DNA of 64,000 bases from Myxococcota bacterium. GTDB taxonomy: Bacteria > Myxococcota > JAJVIH01. The stretch lies in the NCBI GenBank assembly GCA_022072125.1, contig JAJVIH010000016.1:29081-93080 (forward strand), written 5' to 3'. Position numbers and translations under genes: made by a program. Positions 50,259 through 58,860 of the stretch are shown here, piece after piece. The notes below the pieces were generated by a model. It had not been told where the DNA came from. It saw only the letters and a list, made by a program, of their open reading frames with translations, and searched no databases. The stretch's first letter is position 1, and each line of letters begins with the position of its first letter.

Positions 50259-51443
50259 ATGCGTGACCCGCTCATCATCGGCTCCCGGGGGAGCGATTTG
50301 GCGTTATGGCAGGCGCGGAGCGTGGCCTCGGCGCTGCAATCGCAACTGGGCCTGCGCGCCGGATTGCAGATTATCAAAACCCAGGGCGATCAGATTGATC
50401 ACCTTCCGCTCAACAAACTCGAAGGCAAGGGATTCTTCACCAAGGAACTGGAGGAAGCCCTGCTCGCGGGCCGCGTGGATATCGCCGTCCATTCGCTGAA
50501 GGATTTGCCCGTGGAACAGCCGCCCGGCCTGGTCATCGCGGCGATTCCGGAACGGCACGATCCCGGCGAACTGCTGCTGTTCCGGCCCGATGTGTTTGAT
50601 CCCGCCAATCCATGGCTGCCCATCCGCGCGGGATCGCGGGTGGCCACTTCATCGCCGCGCCGCGAGGAGCAGTTGAAGGAAATGGGATTCGCCTGCACGG
50701 GCATGCGGGGCAATGTTCCCACGCGTATCCGCAAGCTGCGGGACGGCGCCGCGGACGCCCTGTTGCTGGCCGTCGCCGGCGTGGAGCGGCTGGGGCTGAA
50801 CTTGTGCGGGCTGGGCGCGGCCAACGCCAGCGCAGGCCCCGGTTCCGTTTCCGGCGGCGTGATACCGGCGCCGGGGCAAGGCGCCCTGGCCATCCAGATC
50901 CGTCAAAGCGACGGAGCTCTGTTCAAGGCGCTGCAAGGGCTGGATCACATGGAAACCCGTTTGTGCGTGACCGCGGAGCGGCTCTTGTTGTCGCGCCTGG
51001 GCGGCGGATGTCACCTTCCGCTGGGTGCGCGGATTCGCCCTGGCGCCGGGGCATGGACCGCGCAGGCCGCCGTGTACACGGCGGGGCTTTCAGGCCGTTG
51101 CGCCTTCACCACGAACGCCAACTGGCCGCGGCGCGCGGAAGAGGCCGGGGTGGACCGCGCCGCGGCGGAGCTGGCGGATGAAATGGAACACCAGTTGCGG
51201 AACAAGGCCGGACCGCTTTCCGCGCCGGACCCCGCCAGTTCGCGTCAGACCGTCCTGATGGCGGGAGAGTCCCTGCCGGCGGAAGAGGTGTTCCGCCGCT
51301 TTCACCAGGGCGCCTGCGTGGTGTGGCGCGCCTCGGTTGATCCCTGGCCTTTTGGCGAGGCGTTCTTCGATGAGGCCCTGGCGGCGGACGCGCAGGCGGC
51401 GGATATCATCCGCGCCCATGCCCGGCGGGTGCGGGTGGCGTGA
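50259..51443 (+). CDS. hemC: Hydroxymethylbilane synthase (porphobilinogen deaminase) with C-terminal extension
   Basis: IGSRGSDLALWQA, KGFFTKELE, DIAVHSLKDLP, TSSPRR, RGNVPTR, PAPGQGAL, LGGGCHLPLG (cofactor Cys). Confidence 0.93.
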   Translation: MRDPLIIGSRGSDLALWQARSVASALQSQLGLRAGLQIIKTQGDQIDHLPLNKLEGKGFFTKELEEALLAGRVDIAVHSLKDLPVEQPPGLVIAAIPERHDPGELLLFRPDVFDPANPWLPIRAGSRVATSSPRREEQLKEMGFACTGMRGNVPTRIRKLRDGAADALLLAVAGVERLGLNLCGLGAANASAGPGSVSGGVIPAPGQGALAIQIRQSDGALFKALQGLDHMETRLCVTAERLLLSRLGGGCHLPLGARIRPGAGAWTAQAAVYTAGLSGRCAFTTNANWPRRAEEAGVDRAAAELADEMEHQLRNKAGPLSAPDPASSRQTVLMAGESLPAEEVFRRFHQGACVVWRASVDPWPFGEAFFDEALAADAQAADIIRAHARRVRVA

Positions 51444-51524
51444 CCCCGCTGCCCGGTGAAGCGGGCTTGCGGACACAGTCCCTGCGCAATCCCGGCAAGT
51501 TTGCAATCCATCCTTCCCTCCATT

Positions 51525-51640
51525 AGGTTGGTTTTCACGCCCTGACATGTCGTCAGGACGTGGGAGGAAGCCGGTGCGAATCCGGCGCTGACCCGCAACC
51601 GTGAGTTCTGTTTCCGACAGAACAAGCCGGGAACTCCTTC
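51525..51640 (+). ncRNA. Cobalamin (B12) riboswitch
   Basis: Core GAGGAA-GCCGGTGCGAATCCGGC-GCTGACCCGCAACCGTGA, hairpin GTTCTG..CAGAAC, then AAGCCGGGA B12-box-like element; in the 5' leader of the operon. Confidence 0.88.
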
Positions 51641-51784
51641 ACTGCAACTCCCTCGTGGTCTGGGGCAGGCAGAATCCGCATTCAGCGCCGCATGGCCGTG
51701 CCGTCAGGCCGGCCGGCGCCATCCGGTTTCTCTCCACAAACACGATGGGGTTTCTCACGCGACCCTTCTCTGGAGGAAGCCGAG

Positions 51785-52816
51785 ATGACCCATCCCAAGT
51801 CCGTTCATTCCATTTCCCTTGCCGTGCTGCTGGCGCTTTCCTGCTGGCTGGCCGGCTGTTCCGGCGACGCCGCGTCTTCCGATGGCGGATCAAACGCCGG
51901 CGGCGCCGGCCCCAAGGACGCCTCGCCGCCGCCGGATGCGGGCCCCGCCGATGGCGCCTTATCTGACAGCGCCCCGGCGGACGCCGCTCCAGGCGATGTG
52001 GCTGCAACTGACACGGCGCCTGGCGACGCCCAGCCGGCGGATGCGGGCGCGCCAGATGCGAATCCAGTGGACGCCGGCCCCGCGGATACGGCGCCCGCCG
52101 ATGCGCAGCCCACCGACACCCAGCCCGGCGATGGCGGTCCGGCGACGGCCCCGGGGCTGGCGATTGCGGGCGTTTACGCCAACAGTTTCGGCGGCTACGA
52201 GGAAATCACCAGCGCCCTGTGGAACGATACGCCCATCGTCGAGTTCGATAACAACAAGCGCGTGGTCTATACCCGGAATCCAGCGGATGCGAAGTTCAGC
52301 CCGGGCAAATTCAACAAGATCGTATTCACGGTTCCGGGCGGCGCATCGTTCCATTACTGCTTCGCGGACTTTGGCCTTGACTCGCTGGAGGCGGCGAAGG
52401 CGTCATCCAAGGCCGTGGACGAAAGCGATCCGGACAAGAAAGGCTGCGGCGGATTCTCCTGGACCAAATTGACCGCCACGGATCCGATTGAAATCGCCGG
52501 AACCTGGTCCAGCAATTTCGGCGGCGAGGAGATCATCCGCAGCATCCGCTGGGGCAAGGCGTCCATCAAACTCTTCGATAACGGGTCCAACACCGCCTAC
52601 ACGCAGAATCCGGAAGACGCCCCGGCCGGAGCCAGGAAATTCAGCAAGCTGGTCTGGACCGAACCGGTGGGCGGCGTTTTCCACTACTGCACGGTGGATT
52701 TCAACCTGGACACCCTCGCCGCGGCGCAGGCTTCGGCCAAAACCGCCGATCCATCCAACCCTGAAAAGGGAGGCTGCGGCGGGTTCTCCTGGACCAAACT
52801 CAACAGGAAAAACTGA
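51785..52816 (+). CDS. B12-regulated lipoprotein with acidic stalk and two tandem ~105-aa domains
   Basis: GGAGGA RBS; lipobox LAGC; PxDA repeats; duplicated domain ending FHYC...GCGGFSWTKL. Confidence 0.8.
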   Translation: MTHPKSVHSISLAVLLALSCWLAGCSGDAASSDGGSNAGGAGPKDASPPPDAGPADGALSDSAPADAAPGDVAATDTAPGDAQPADAGAPDANPVDAGPADTAPADAQPTDTQPGDGGPATAPGLAIAGVYANSFGGYEEITSALWNDTPIVEFDNNKRVVYTRNPADAKFSPGKFNKIVFTVPGGASFHYCFADFGLDSLEAAKASSKAVDESDPDKKGCGGFSWTKLTATDPIEIAGTWSSNFGGEEIIRSIRWGKASIKLFDNGSNTAYTQNPEDAPAGARKFSKLVWTEPVGGVFHYCTVDFNLDTLAAAQASAKTADPSNPEKGGCGGFSWTKLNRKN

Positions 52817-53580
52817 TGCGCCATCTGTATTTCTGCGCCGCGGCCCTGTGGCTGGCGGCCTGCGGGGAAAACATCATCCCAACCGTCCACTCCACCCCCG
52901 ATGCATCCATGGCGGATGCATCGGGGCCGTCCGGTGATGCGGGTTCCGCGGACGCCGCGGTTTCCGGCGGCGATGCTTCCGCCGGGTCTGGCGGGGAGGC
53001 GGACGCCGGCGCCACCCCCGCGCGCAAGGCCAGTCCCCACGCGGGGCGGGTGGCCGGATACAAGCCCGGCGAGGGAGCGGGCTTTGGCCAGGACAAAATG
53101 CCGGACATCGTGCTGGGGCCGCCGCAGGGCGCCGGACCCGAAGCCGGCAGCCTGCATGTCCTCTCCCTCGGCAAAAATGGTCATATCGTTCTTGAATTCG
53201 TGGATATGGTGATGGTGGATGGCCCGGGACCCGACCTGCTGGTCTTTGAAAACGCCTTTCCGGCCTATCAGGAGACGGGCGTGGTGGCCGTCAGCGATGA
53301 TGGCCGGAACTGGTCCGAATGGCCTTGCGCCGCAACGGATAAGGAGAACCGCTTCCCGGGCTGCGCGGGGGTGAACCCGGTGCTGAGTTCGCCGGACAAC
53401 GGCGTTCCGGCGAACGATCCCCGGCAATCCGGCGGGGACGCCTTTGATCTGGCGGAATTGGGTGTGAAGCGGGCGCGTTTTGTGCGCATCCGGGACAGCG
53501 GATACAACAGCTACGAGGGAATCAGCGGCGGCTTCGATCTGGACGCCGTGGCCATCATCAACGGCGAGCCGGTGAAATGA
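52816..53580 (+). CDS. Cell-surface lipoprotein, possible BtuH-like corrinoid-binding domain
   Basis: Lipobox LAAC; LSLGKNGHIVLEF..DGPGPDLLVFENAF..ETGVVAVSDDG..GGDAFDL..GFDLDAV. Confidence 0.7.
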   Translation: MRHLYFCAAALWLAACGENIIPTVHSTPDASMADASGPSGDAGSADAAVSGGDASAGSGGEADAGATPARKASPHAGRVAGYKPGEGAGFGQDKMPDIVLGPPQGAGPEAGSLHVLSLGKNGHIVLEFVDMVMVDGPGPDLLVFENAFPAYQETGVVAVSDDGRNWSEWPCAATDKENRFPGCAGVNPVLSSPDNGVPANDPRQSGGDAFDLAELGVKRARFVRIRDSGYNSYEGISGGFDLDAVAIINGEPVK

Positions 53581-54053
53581 CCCGCCGGGAATGGCTGATC
53601 CAAACCGGCGCCATGGCGGCTTCGGCCTGCGCGGGAGGATGCGCGGCCGGTGGGCCGGGAACTGGCGGGGTTGCGGATGCAGGCCAGGCCTTCGCGGCGG
53701 CGGAAGCCTGCGGCGATCTTCCTCCGCCGGACAGCGGTTGGCACGCCATCCCGCTGGCGGAAATTCCCGGGCTGGCGAGCCAGGGGGTGGCGCGGGTGCG
53801 CGCCCGCGAAGCCCTGCTGCAGGTGTGGGTGGTGCGGGAGTCATCCGCCTGCCACCGGGCGGTGTGGGCGATTTGCACGCACGGGGCCTGTGAACTGGAC
53901 TGGAAACCGGAAGAACGCTGGCTGGAATGCCCATGCCATGGCTCCCGGTTCAACACACTGGGCGCCATCGTGCGCGGGCCCGCGACCCAACCGGTACGTA
54001 CGCTGCCAGCCCAGGTGCGCGAGGGTTATTTGTATATCAAACGCCCGTTCTGA
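53577..54053 (+). CDS. Tat-exported Rieske [2Fe-2S] protein
   Basis: MTRREWL Tat motif; CTHGAC and CPCHGSRF boxes; GPA..P. Confidence 0.9.
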   Translation: MTRREWLIQTGAMAASACAGGCAAGGPGTGGVADAGQAFAAAEACGDLPPPDSGWHAIPLAEIPGLASQGVARVRAREALLQVWVVRESSACHRAVWAICTHGACELDWKPEERWLECPCHGSRFNTLGAIVRGPATQPVRTLPAQVREGYLYIKRPF

Positions 54054-54068
54054 CGGCGGAGGACTCGA

Positions 54069-55109
54069 TCACTTCACGTACACGGGGAAGCGGATTTCAC
54101 GGCCGTTGCCATTGAAGGCGGGAAATTTCCACTGGTTGACCGCGGCCACCAGACATTGACGGAACGCCTCGTCGGGAGAGTCCGGCTCCGCCACCGCCAC
54201 CGATCCCGGCGACCCGCTGGGCTGCAATACGAACTGAATCACCACGCGCGAGGTGGCGTTGTCCTCGTTGCGGTCGCGGTCGGCCTCGAAACAGGGCAGC
54301 AGCCTGGGGATATTCCGGCGAATCCGCGAATAAATATCCGTGGCGGAGACCTGTCCTTCGTCCACATCCATGTCTTCGCCTCCGCCGCCGCCAGGGGGCG
54401 CCGTTTCGCCCGGACCGGCGGGAGCGGGGGGCGGCGGCGGCGCGGTTTCTCCGGAGGGCGCATTTTGTTTGGGCTGGGGAGCGGCCGCCGCCAGCGCTTT
54501 CCCGGCTTTGGGCGGTTTGGCGGCCTTTGGCGCGCCAACGGCGGCGGCGACAAATTCATCCATATTGCCAATCGAAATGATCGGCGGCGGACGCTTGATC
54601 CACGCCTTGTTGTCGCCCACGGACGGCGGCTTCGCCAATGCGGCCGCCGGCGGCTGCGCGCCCGTAGTACCCGTTGGAGCGGTCTTGGCCGGGGCCTGAG
54701 CCGTTGGAGCCGCGGCGGCGGGGGATTTCTTGCGCATCCGCATCCACCCCCAGCCGGCCACCCCCACCGCGCCAAGGAGGAGAACCGCCACGGCGCCCGC
54801 CAGCAGGTTGCGGCGCGACCGGGCTGTTTCCGCTTCCAGGCGTTGCTGGTGCAGGGCCCGTTCGCGGGCCGCCTTGCCCGCCCATTCCACGAATTCAGGG
54901 ATTTCCCGGAGCGGCCGCCAGTGCGTGATCTCCGCTGGGGTCGCCTCGCAGGAATCGTCGAGTTCCCCGCGGTAGAGGCGATCCACAATCACCTGGGCGG
55001 GGGCCGGACCCTGTACGGTTCCGCCCGATCGAAACATCCATTCGCCGGGAATATTGACCTGGGGGGCCTTGGGATGGGGGGAACTGCGCGCCATGACACC
55101 GATCTTCAT
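54069..55109 (-). CDS. GYF-domain / TM / AgmX-PglI (TonB-like) C-terminal domain protein
   Basis: W.F...G.VQGP...WRPLREIPEF, TM helix, Pro/Ala linker, C-terminal CFE...VIQFVLQPSG...CL..AVNQWKFP...IRFP. Confidence 0.78.
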   Translation of the reverse strand: MKIGVMARSSPHPKAPQVNIPGEWMFRSGGTVQGPAPAQVIVDRLYRGELDDSCEATPAEITHWRPLREIPEFVEWAGKAARERALHQQRLEAETARSRRNLLAGAVAVLLLGAVGVAGWGWMRMRKKSPAAAAPTAQAPAKTAPTGTTGAQPPAAALAKPPSVGDNKAWIKRPPPIISIGNMDEFVAAAVGAPKAAKPPKAGKALAAAAPQPKQNAPSGETAPPPPPAPAGPGETAPPGGGGGEDMDVDEGQVSATDIYSRIRRNIPRLLPCFEADRDRNEDNATSRVVIQFVLQPSGSPGSVAVAEPDSPDEAFRQCLVAAVNQWKFPAFNGNGREIRFPVYVK

Positions 55110-55421
55110 AACCCGCACCCGCCTCCACCCGCAATGGAAATGCACAGCCGCCCGTCGCGGGGTCCTGCTTTTGCGCGGCATGGCGGTTGATGGCGTGAGG
55201 CGGGCTTTTCCGGCCCATCCGGCTGGCGCCGCGGGAAAACTCCCGGGTCTGCATCCCTGACCTGCATGAAGGCTGTTCTGGAACCGGGGTCCGGCGTGGA
55301 AAGCGCCTTACCGTGCTTTCCACGCCTGCCGGAAAGCATAAGATGAATCCCGGTCCTGGCGGTCAGACGCCGGCGGCCGGGGCGGGAAACCCGCCGCGAA
55401 CGGTTGTCCGGGCGGATTCCG

Positions 55422-55450
55422 TTGACTTTTCGCGGGTGTTTTCCTAGACA
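55422..55450 (+). promoter_or_regulatory. Putative sigma70 promoter of the lpdA operon
   Basis: TTGACT-17 nt-TAGACA upstream of an AGGAG RBS. Confidence 0.4.
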
Positions 55451-55494
55451 CTCCGGGCCCTTCTCGCCCCCCATCCATCATCAGGAGTCCATCC

Positions 55495-56898
55495 GTGAGC
55501 GAGCATACCTTTGACGTAGTGGTGATCGGCAGCGGACCGGGCGGTTATGTCGCCGCGGCGCGCGCCGGAGCGCTTGGCCTGAAAACCGCTGTCATTGAAA
55601 AGGACAATGTTCTGGGCGGCACCTGCCTCAACCGCGGCTGCATCCCCACCAAGGCCATCCTGCACGCCGCCGATATTCTCACCGAACTCCACGAAGCCAG
55701 TCAGTACGGCATCACCACCAATTCGGTGAACGTGGATATCGAGAAACTGATGAAGCGCAAGCAGGCGGTGGTGGCGGGCCTGAACGGCGGCGTCAAGACG
55801 CTGATGAAAAAGCGCAACGTCACGGTGTTCGAGGGCCTGGGCGCCTTCCGCGACGCCAACACCATCACCGTGTCCAAAAACGGCCAGGTCACCGATGTGC
55901 TGAAATTCAAGAACGCCATCGTGGCCGTGGGCACGGTTCCCCGCGAACTTCCAGGCTTTGAGTTTGACGGCCAGCGGGTCATTTCCAGCGACCATGCGCT
56001 CAACATCACCAAGGTTCCCGCGCGCTTCCTGGTGCTGGGCTCCGGCGCCGTCGGCGCCGAATTCGCCAGCGCCTACGCCCGCTTCGGGTCGAAGACCACG
56101 GTGGTCGAGATCATGCCGCGCCTGATGCCCCTCGCCGACGCCGATGTCTCGGCGGAGTTGAAAGCGGATTTCGAGCGCCAGGGCATCGAGTGCATGATCA
56201 ACACCAAGATGGAAAGCGTCACCCGCACCGCCAATGGCGTCGCCGCGAAGGTCCGCATGCAGGATGGCGGCGAGCGCGTGCTGGAGGCCGATCAATTGCT
56301 GGTGGCGGTGGGTCGCAAAACCCTGGTCGAGAATATCGGCCTCGACAAGGCGGGCGTGAAGGTGGAGCGCGGCATGATCGTGGCCAACGAATTCATGCAG
56401 ACCAGCGCGCCGCATATTTACGCCATCGGCGATGTGGTGGGAAAAGCCGCCCTCGCCCACGTGGCCTCGGCGGAAGGGCAGGTCGCCGCCGAGCATATCG
56501 CCGCCGGCAAGGCGGAAACCGTTCCCTACCATGCGATCCCCTGGAACGTGTACACCGAACCGCCCATTGGCTGGGTTGGATTGACCGAGCAGCAGGCCCG
56601 GGACAAGGGTTACGATGTCGTCACCGCCAAATTCGGATTTTCTCACAGCTCCAAGGCGACCATCCTCGGCAAGCGCCGCGGCTTCATCAAGATCGTCAGC
56701 GAAAAAAAACACGGCGAGGTGCTGGGCGCCCATATCATCGGCCCCGCCGCCACCGAGTTGATCGGCGAATTGGGCTACGCCATCACCATCGAAAGCAGCG
56801 TGGAGGACATCGCCCGCACGGTGCATGCCCATCCCACCCTGTACGAAGGCATCATGGAAGCGGCGGCGATGGCGGCCGGACACCCCATCCACGGTTGA
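55495..56898 (+). CDS. lpdA: Dihydrolipoyl dehydrogenase (E3)
   Basis: IGSGPGGYVAA, GGTCLNRGCIPTK, GSGAVGAEFA, IYAIGD, HAHPTLYE. Confidence 0.96.
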   Translation: MSEHTFDVVVIGSGPGGYVAAARAGALGLKTAVIEKDNVLGGTCLNRGCIPTKAILHAADILTELHEASQYGITTNSVNVDIEKLMKRKQAVVAGLNGGVKTLMKKRNVTVFEGLGAFRDANTITVSKNGQVTDVLKFKNAIVAVGTVPRELPGFEFDGQRVISSDHALNITKVPARFLVLGSGAVGAEFASAYARFGSKTTVVEIMPRLMPLADADVSAELKADFERQGIECMINTKMESVTRTANGVAAKVRMQDGGERVLEADQLLVAVGRKTLVENIGLDKAGVKVERGMIVANEFMQTSAPHIYAIGDVVGKAALAHVASAEGQVAAEHIAAGKAETVPYHAIPWNVYTEPPIGWVGLTEQQARDKGYDVVTAKFGFSHSSKATILGKRRGFIKIVSEKKHGEVLGAHIIGPAATELIGELGYAITIESSVEDIARTVHAHPTLYEGIMEAAAMAAGHPIHG

Positions 56899-56900
56899 TC

Positions 56901-57860
56901 ATGGCCATCAGCAAGCAGGAAAAGAAGGAACTCTACCGCCTGATGGCGCTCAACCGCGCCATCGAGGAGCGCCTGACCATCCTCTACCGGCAGGGCAAGG
57001 TGGTGGGCGGCCTGTATCGCTCGCTGGGACAGGAGGCGACCAGCGTGGGCGCCGCCTATGCGCTCCGGGACGGCGACTACATCGGCGCCATGATCCGCAA
57101 CCTGGGCTCGCTGATCGTGCGCGGCGTCAAGCCCCGCGAGGTCATGCTCCAGTACATGGCGCGCAAGGAAGGCCCCACCGGCGGCCGCGACTGCAACCTG
57201 CACATGGGCGACATGAGCCGGGGCATCGTCGCCTGCATTTCCATGCTTGGCGATCTGATACCGGTCATGGCGGGGGTGGGGCTGGCGCTCAAGAAACGCA
57301 ACCAGCGGAATGTCGCCATGACCTTCATCGGCGACGGCGGCGCGTCCACCGGCGCCTTTCACGAGGGACTGATCATGGCCGCCGCCATGGAGGTCCCGCT
57401 GGTGCTCATCGTCGAGAACAACGGCTACGCCTACTCAACCCCCACCAGCAAGCAGTTCAAGACCAAGGACCTGCTGGTGCGCGCCCAGGCCTATGGCATT
57501 GAAGCCGCGCAGGTGGACGGCAACGACATCGAGGCGGTGGTTGAAACGGCGCGGGCCGGTTGTGAATACGCCCGCAAGACCTGGAAGCCGTACTACATCG
57601 AGGCCATGACCTTCCGCATGAAGGGCCACGCCGAGCATGACGACGCCTCCTACGTGCCAAAATCCCTGATGGACAAATGGCGCGTGAAGGATCCCATCAT
57701 CAATTACGAAAAGAAGCTGCTGAAGGCCAAAGTGCTGACCCAGGCCGAGGTGGACGCCATTCACAAGGAAATCCAGTCCGCGCTCGATCTGGAAGTGGAC
57801 GCCGCCCTCAACAGCTCATTCCCCGATCCCGCCGCCGTGGGCGATCGGGTTTACGCCTGA
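56901..57860 (+). CDS. 2-oxoacid dehydrogenase E1 alpha (branched-chain/pyruvate type)
   Basis: GQEA, TPP motif GDGG...HEG...VENNGYA, VDGND, FRMKGHAEHDD, DPI. Confidence 0.93.
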   Translation: MAISKQEKKELYRLMALNRAIEERLTILYRQGKVVGGLYRSLGQEATSVGAAYALRDGDYIGAMIRNLGSLIVRGVKPREVMLQYMARKEGPTGGRDCNLHMGDMSRGIVACISMLGDLIPVMAGVGLALKKRNQRNVAMTFIGDGGASTGAFHEGLIMAAAMEVPLVLIVENNGYAYSTPTSKQFKTKDLLVRAQAYGIEAAQVDGNDIEAVVETARAGCEYARKTWKPYYIEAMTFRMKGHAEHDDASYVPKSLMDKWRVKDPIINYEKKLLKAKVLTQAEVDAIHKEIQSALDLEVDAALNSSFPDPAAVGDRVYA

Positions 57861-57870
57861 TGGAGCAACC

Positions 57871-58845
57871 ATGCCGGTGATGACCTATCTGGAGGCCATC
57901 AAGGATGGCATCCGCCACGAGATGCGGCGCGATCCAAACGTATTCGTGATCGGCGAGGACGTGGGCGGGTACGGCGGCGCTTTCAAGGTGACGCAGGGGC
58001 TGATTGACGAATTTGGCGAGGACCGGGTCATGGACACCCCCCTGGCCGAAACCGGATTCGTCGGCGCCGCCATTGGCGCGGCCTATATGGGTTTCCGGCC
58101 CGTGGTCGAGATGCAGTTCATTGACTTCATCGCCTGCGCTTTCAACCAGATCACCAACATGGCGGCCAAGAGCCACTACCGCTGGGGCCAGCAATGTCCC
58201 CTGGTGATCCGCGGTCCCTCGGGCGGCGGCGTATCCGGCGGCCCCTACCATTCCCAGTCCCCGGAATCGTATTTTGTCCATACCGCCGGCCTGAAGGTGG
58301 TCATGCCCGCCACCGCGGCGGACGCCAAGGGACTGATCATCGCCTCCATCCGCGACAACAACCCGGTCATCTACCTGGAGCACAAATTCCTCTACCGGCG
58401 CGTCAAGGACGACGTTCCCGGGGGAGAGTTCGTGGTCCCCCTGGGCAAGGCGCGCCTGGCCCGGGAAGGGCGGCATATCTCCGTCATCACCTGGGGCGCC
58501 ATGGTGCATACCGCCCTCGACGCCGCCGGCCAGTTGGAAAAAGACGGCGTGTCGCTGGAGATCATTGACCTGCGCAGTCTCGTTCCATGGGACAAGGAGA
58601 TGGTGCTCGCCTCCGTGAAGAAGACCGGCAAGGTGATTGTTCTGCACGAGGCGCCCCACACGGGCGGCTTCGGCGGCGAGGTGTCGTCGTACATCACCGA
58701 ACACGCCTTTTCCTGGCTGGATGGCCCGGTGCGCCGCATTTCGGCGCTGGATACTCCGGCGCCCTACAGCCCGCCGCTGGAGCAGGCCTACCTGCCGCAG
58801 GCCCATGATATCGTCCGCGTCTCCCGCGAACTGGCCGCTTTCTGA
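57871..58845 (+). CDS. 2-oxoacid dehydrogenase E1 beta
   Basis: GEDVGGYGGAF, DTPLAE, EMQFIDF, GGPYHSQSPE, IDLRSL. Confidence 0.94.
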   Translation: MPVMTYLEAIKDGIRHEMRRDPNVFVIGEDVGGYGGAFKVTQGLIDEFGEDRVMDTPLAETGFVGAAIGAAYMGFRPVVEMQFIDFIACAFNQITNMAAKSHYRWGQQCPLVIRGPSGGGVSGGPYHSQSPESYFVHTAGLKVVMPATAADAKGLIIASIRDNNPVIYLEHKFLYRRVKDDVPGGEFVVPLGKARLAREGRHISVITWGAMVHTALDAAGQLEKDGVSLEIIDLRSLVPWDKEMVLASVKKTGKVIVLHEAPHTGGFGGEVSSYITEHAFSWLDGPVRRISALDTPAPYSPPLEQAYLPQAHDIVRVSRELAAF

Positions 58846-58860
58846 TGCATGGTGAATGGA

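Noticed and set aside
53577-54053. Cytochrome bc1 petA
   Set aside because: No petB/petC adjacent, and the protein is short.
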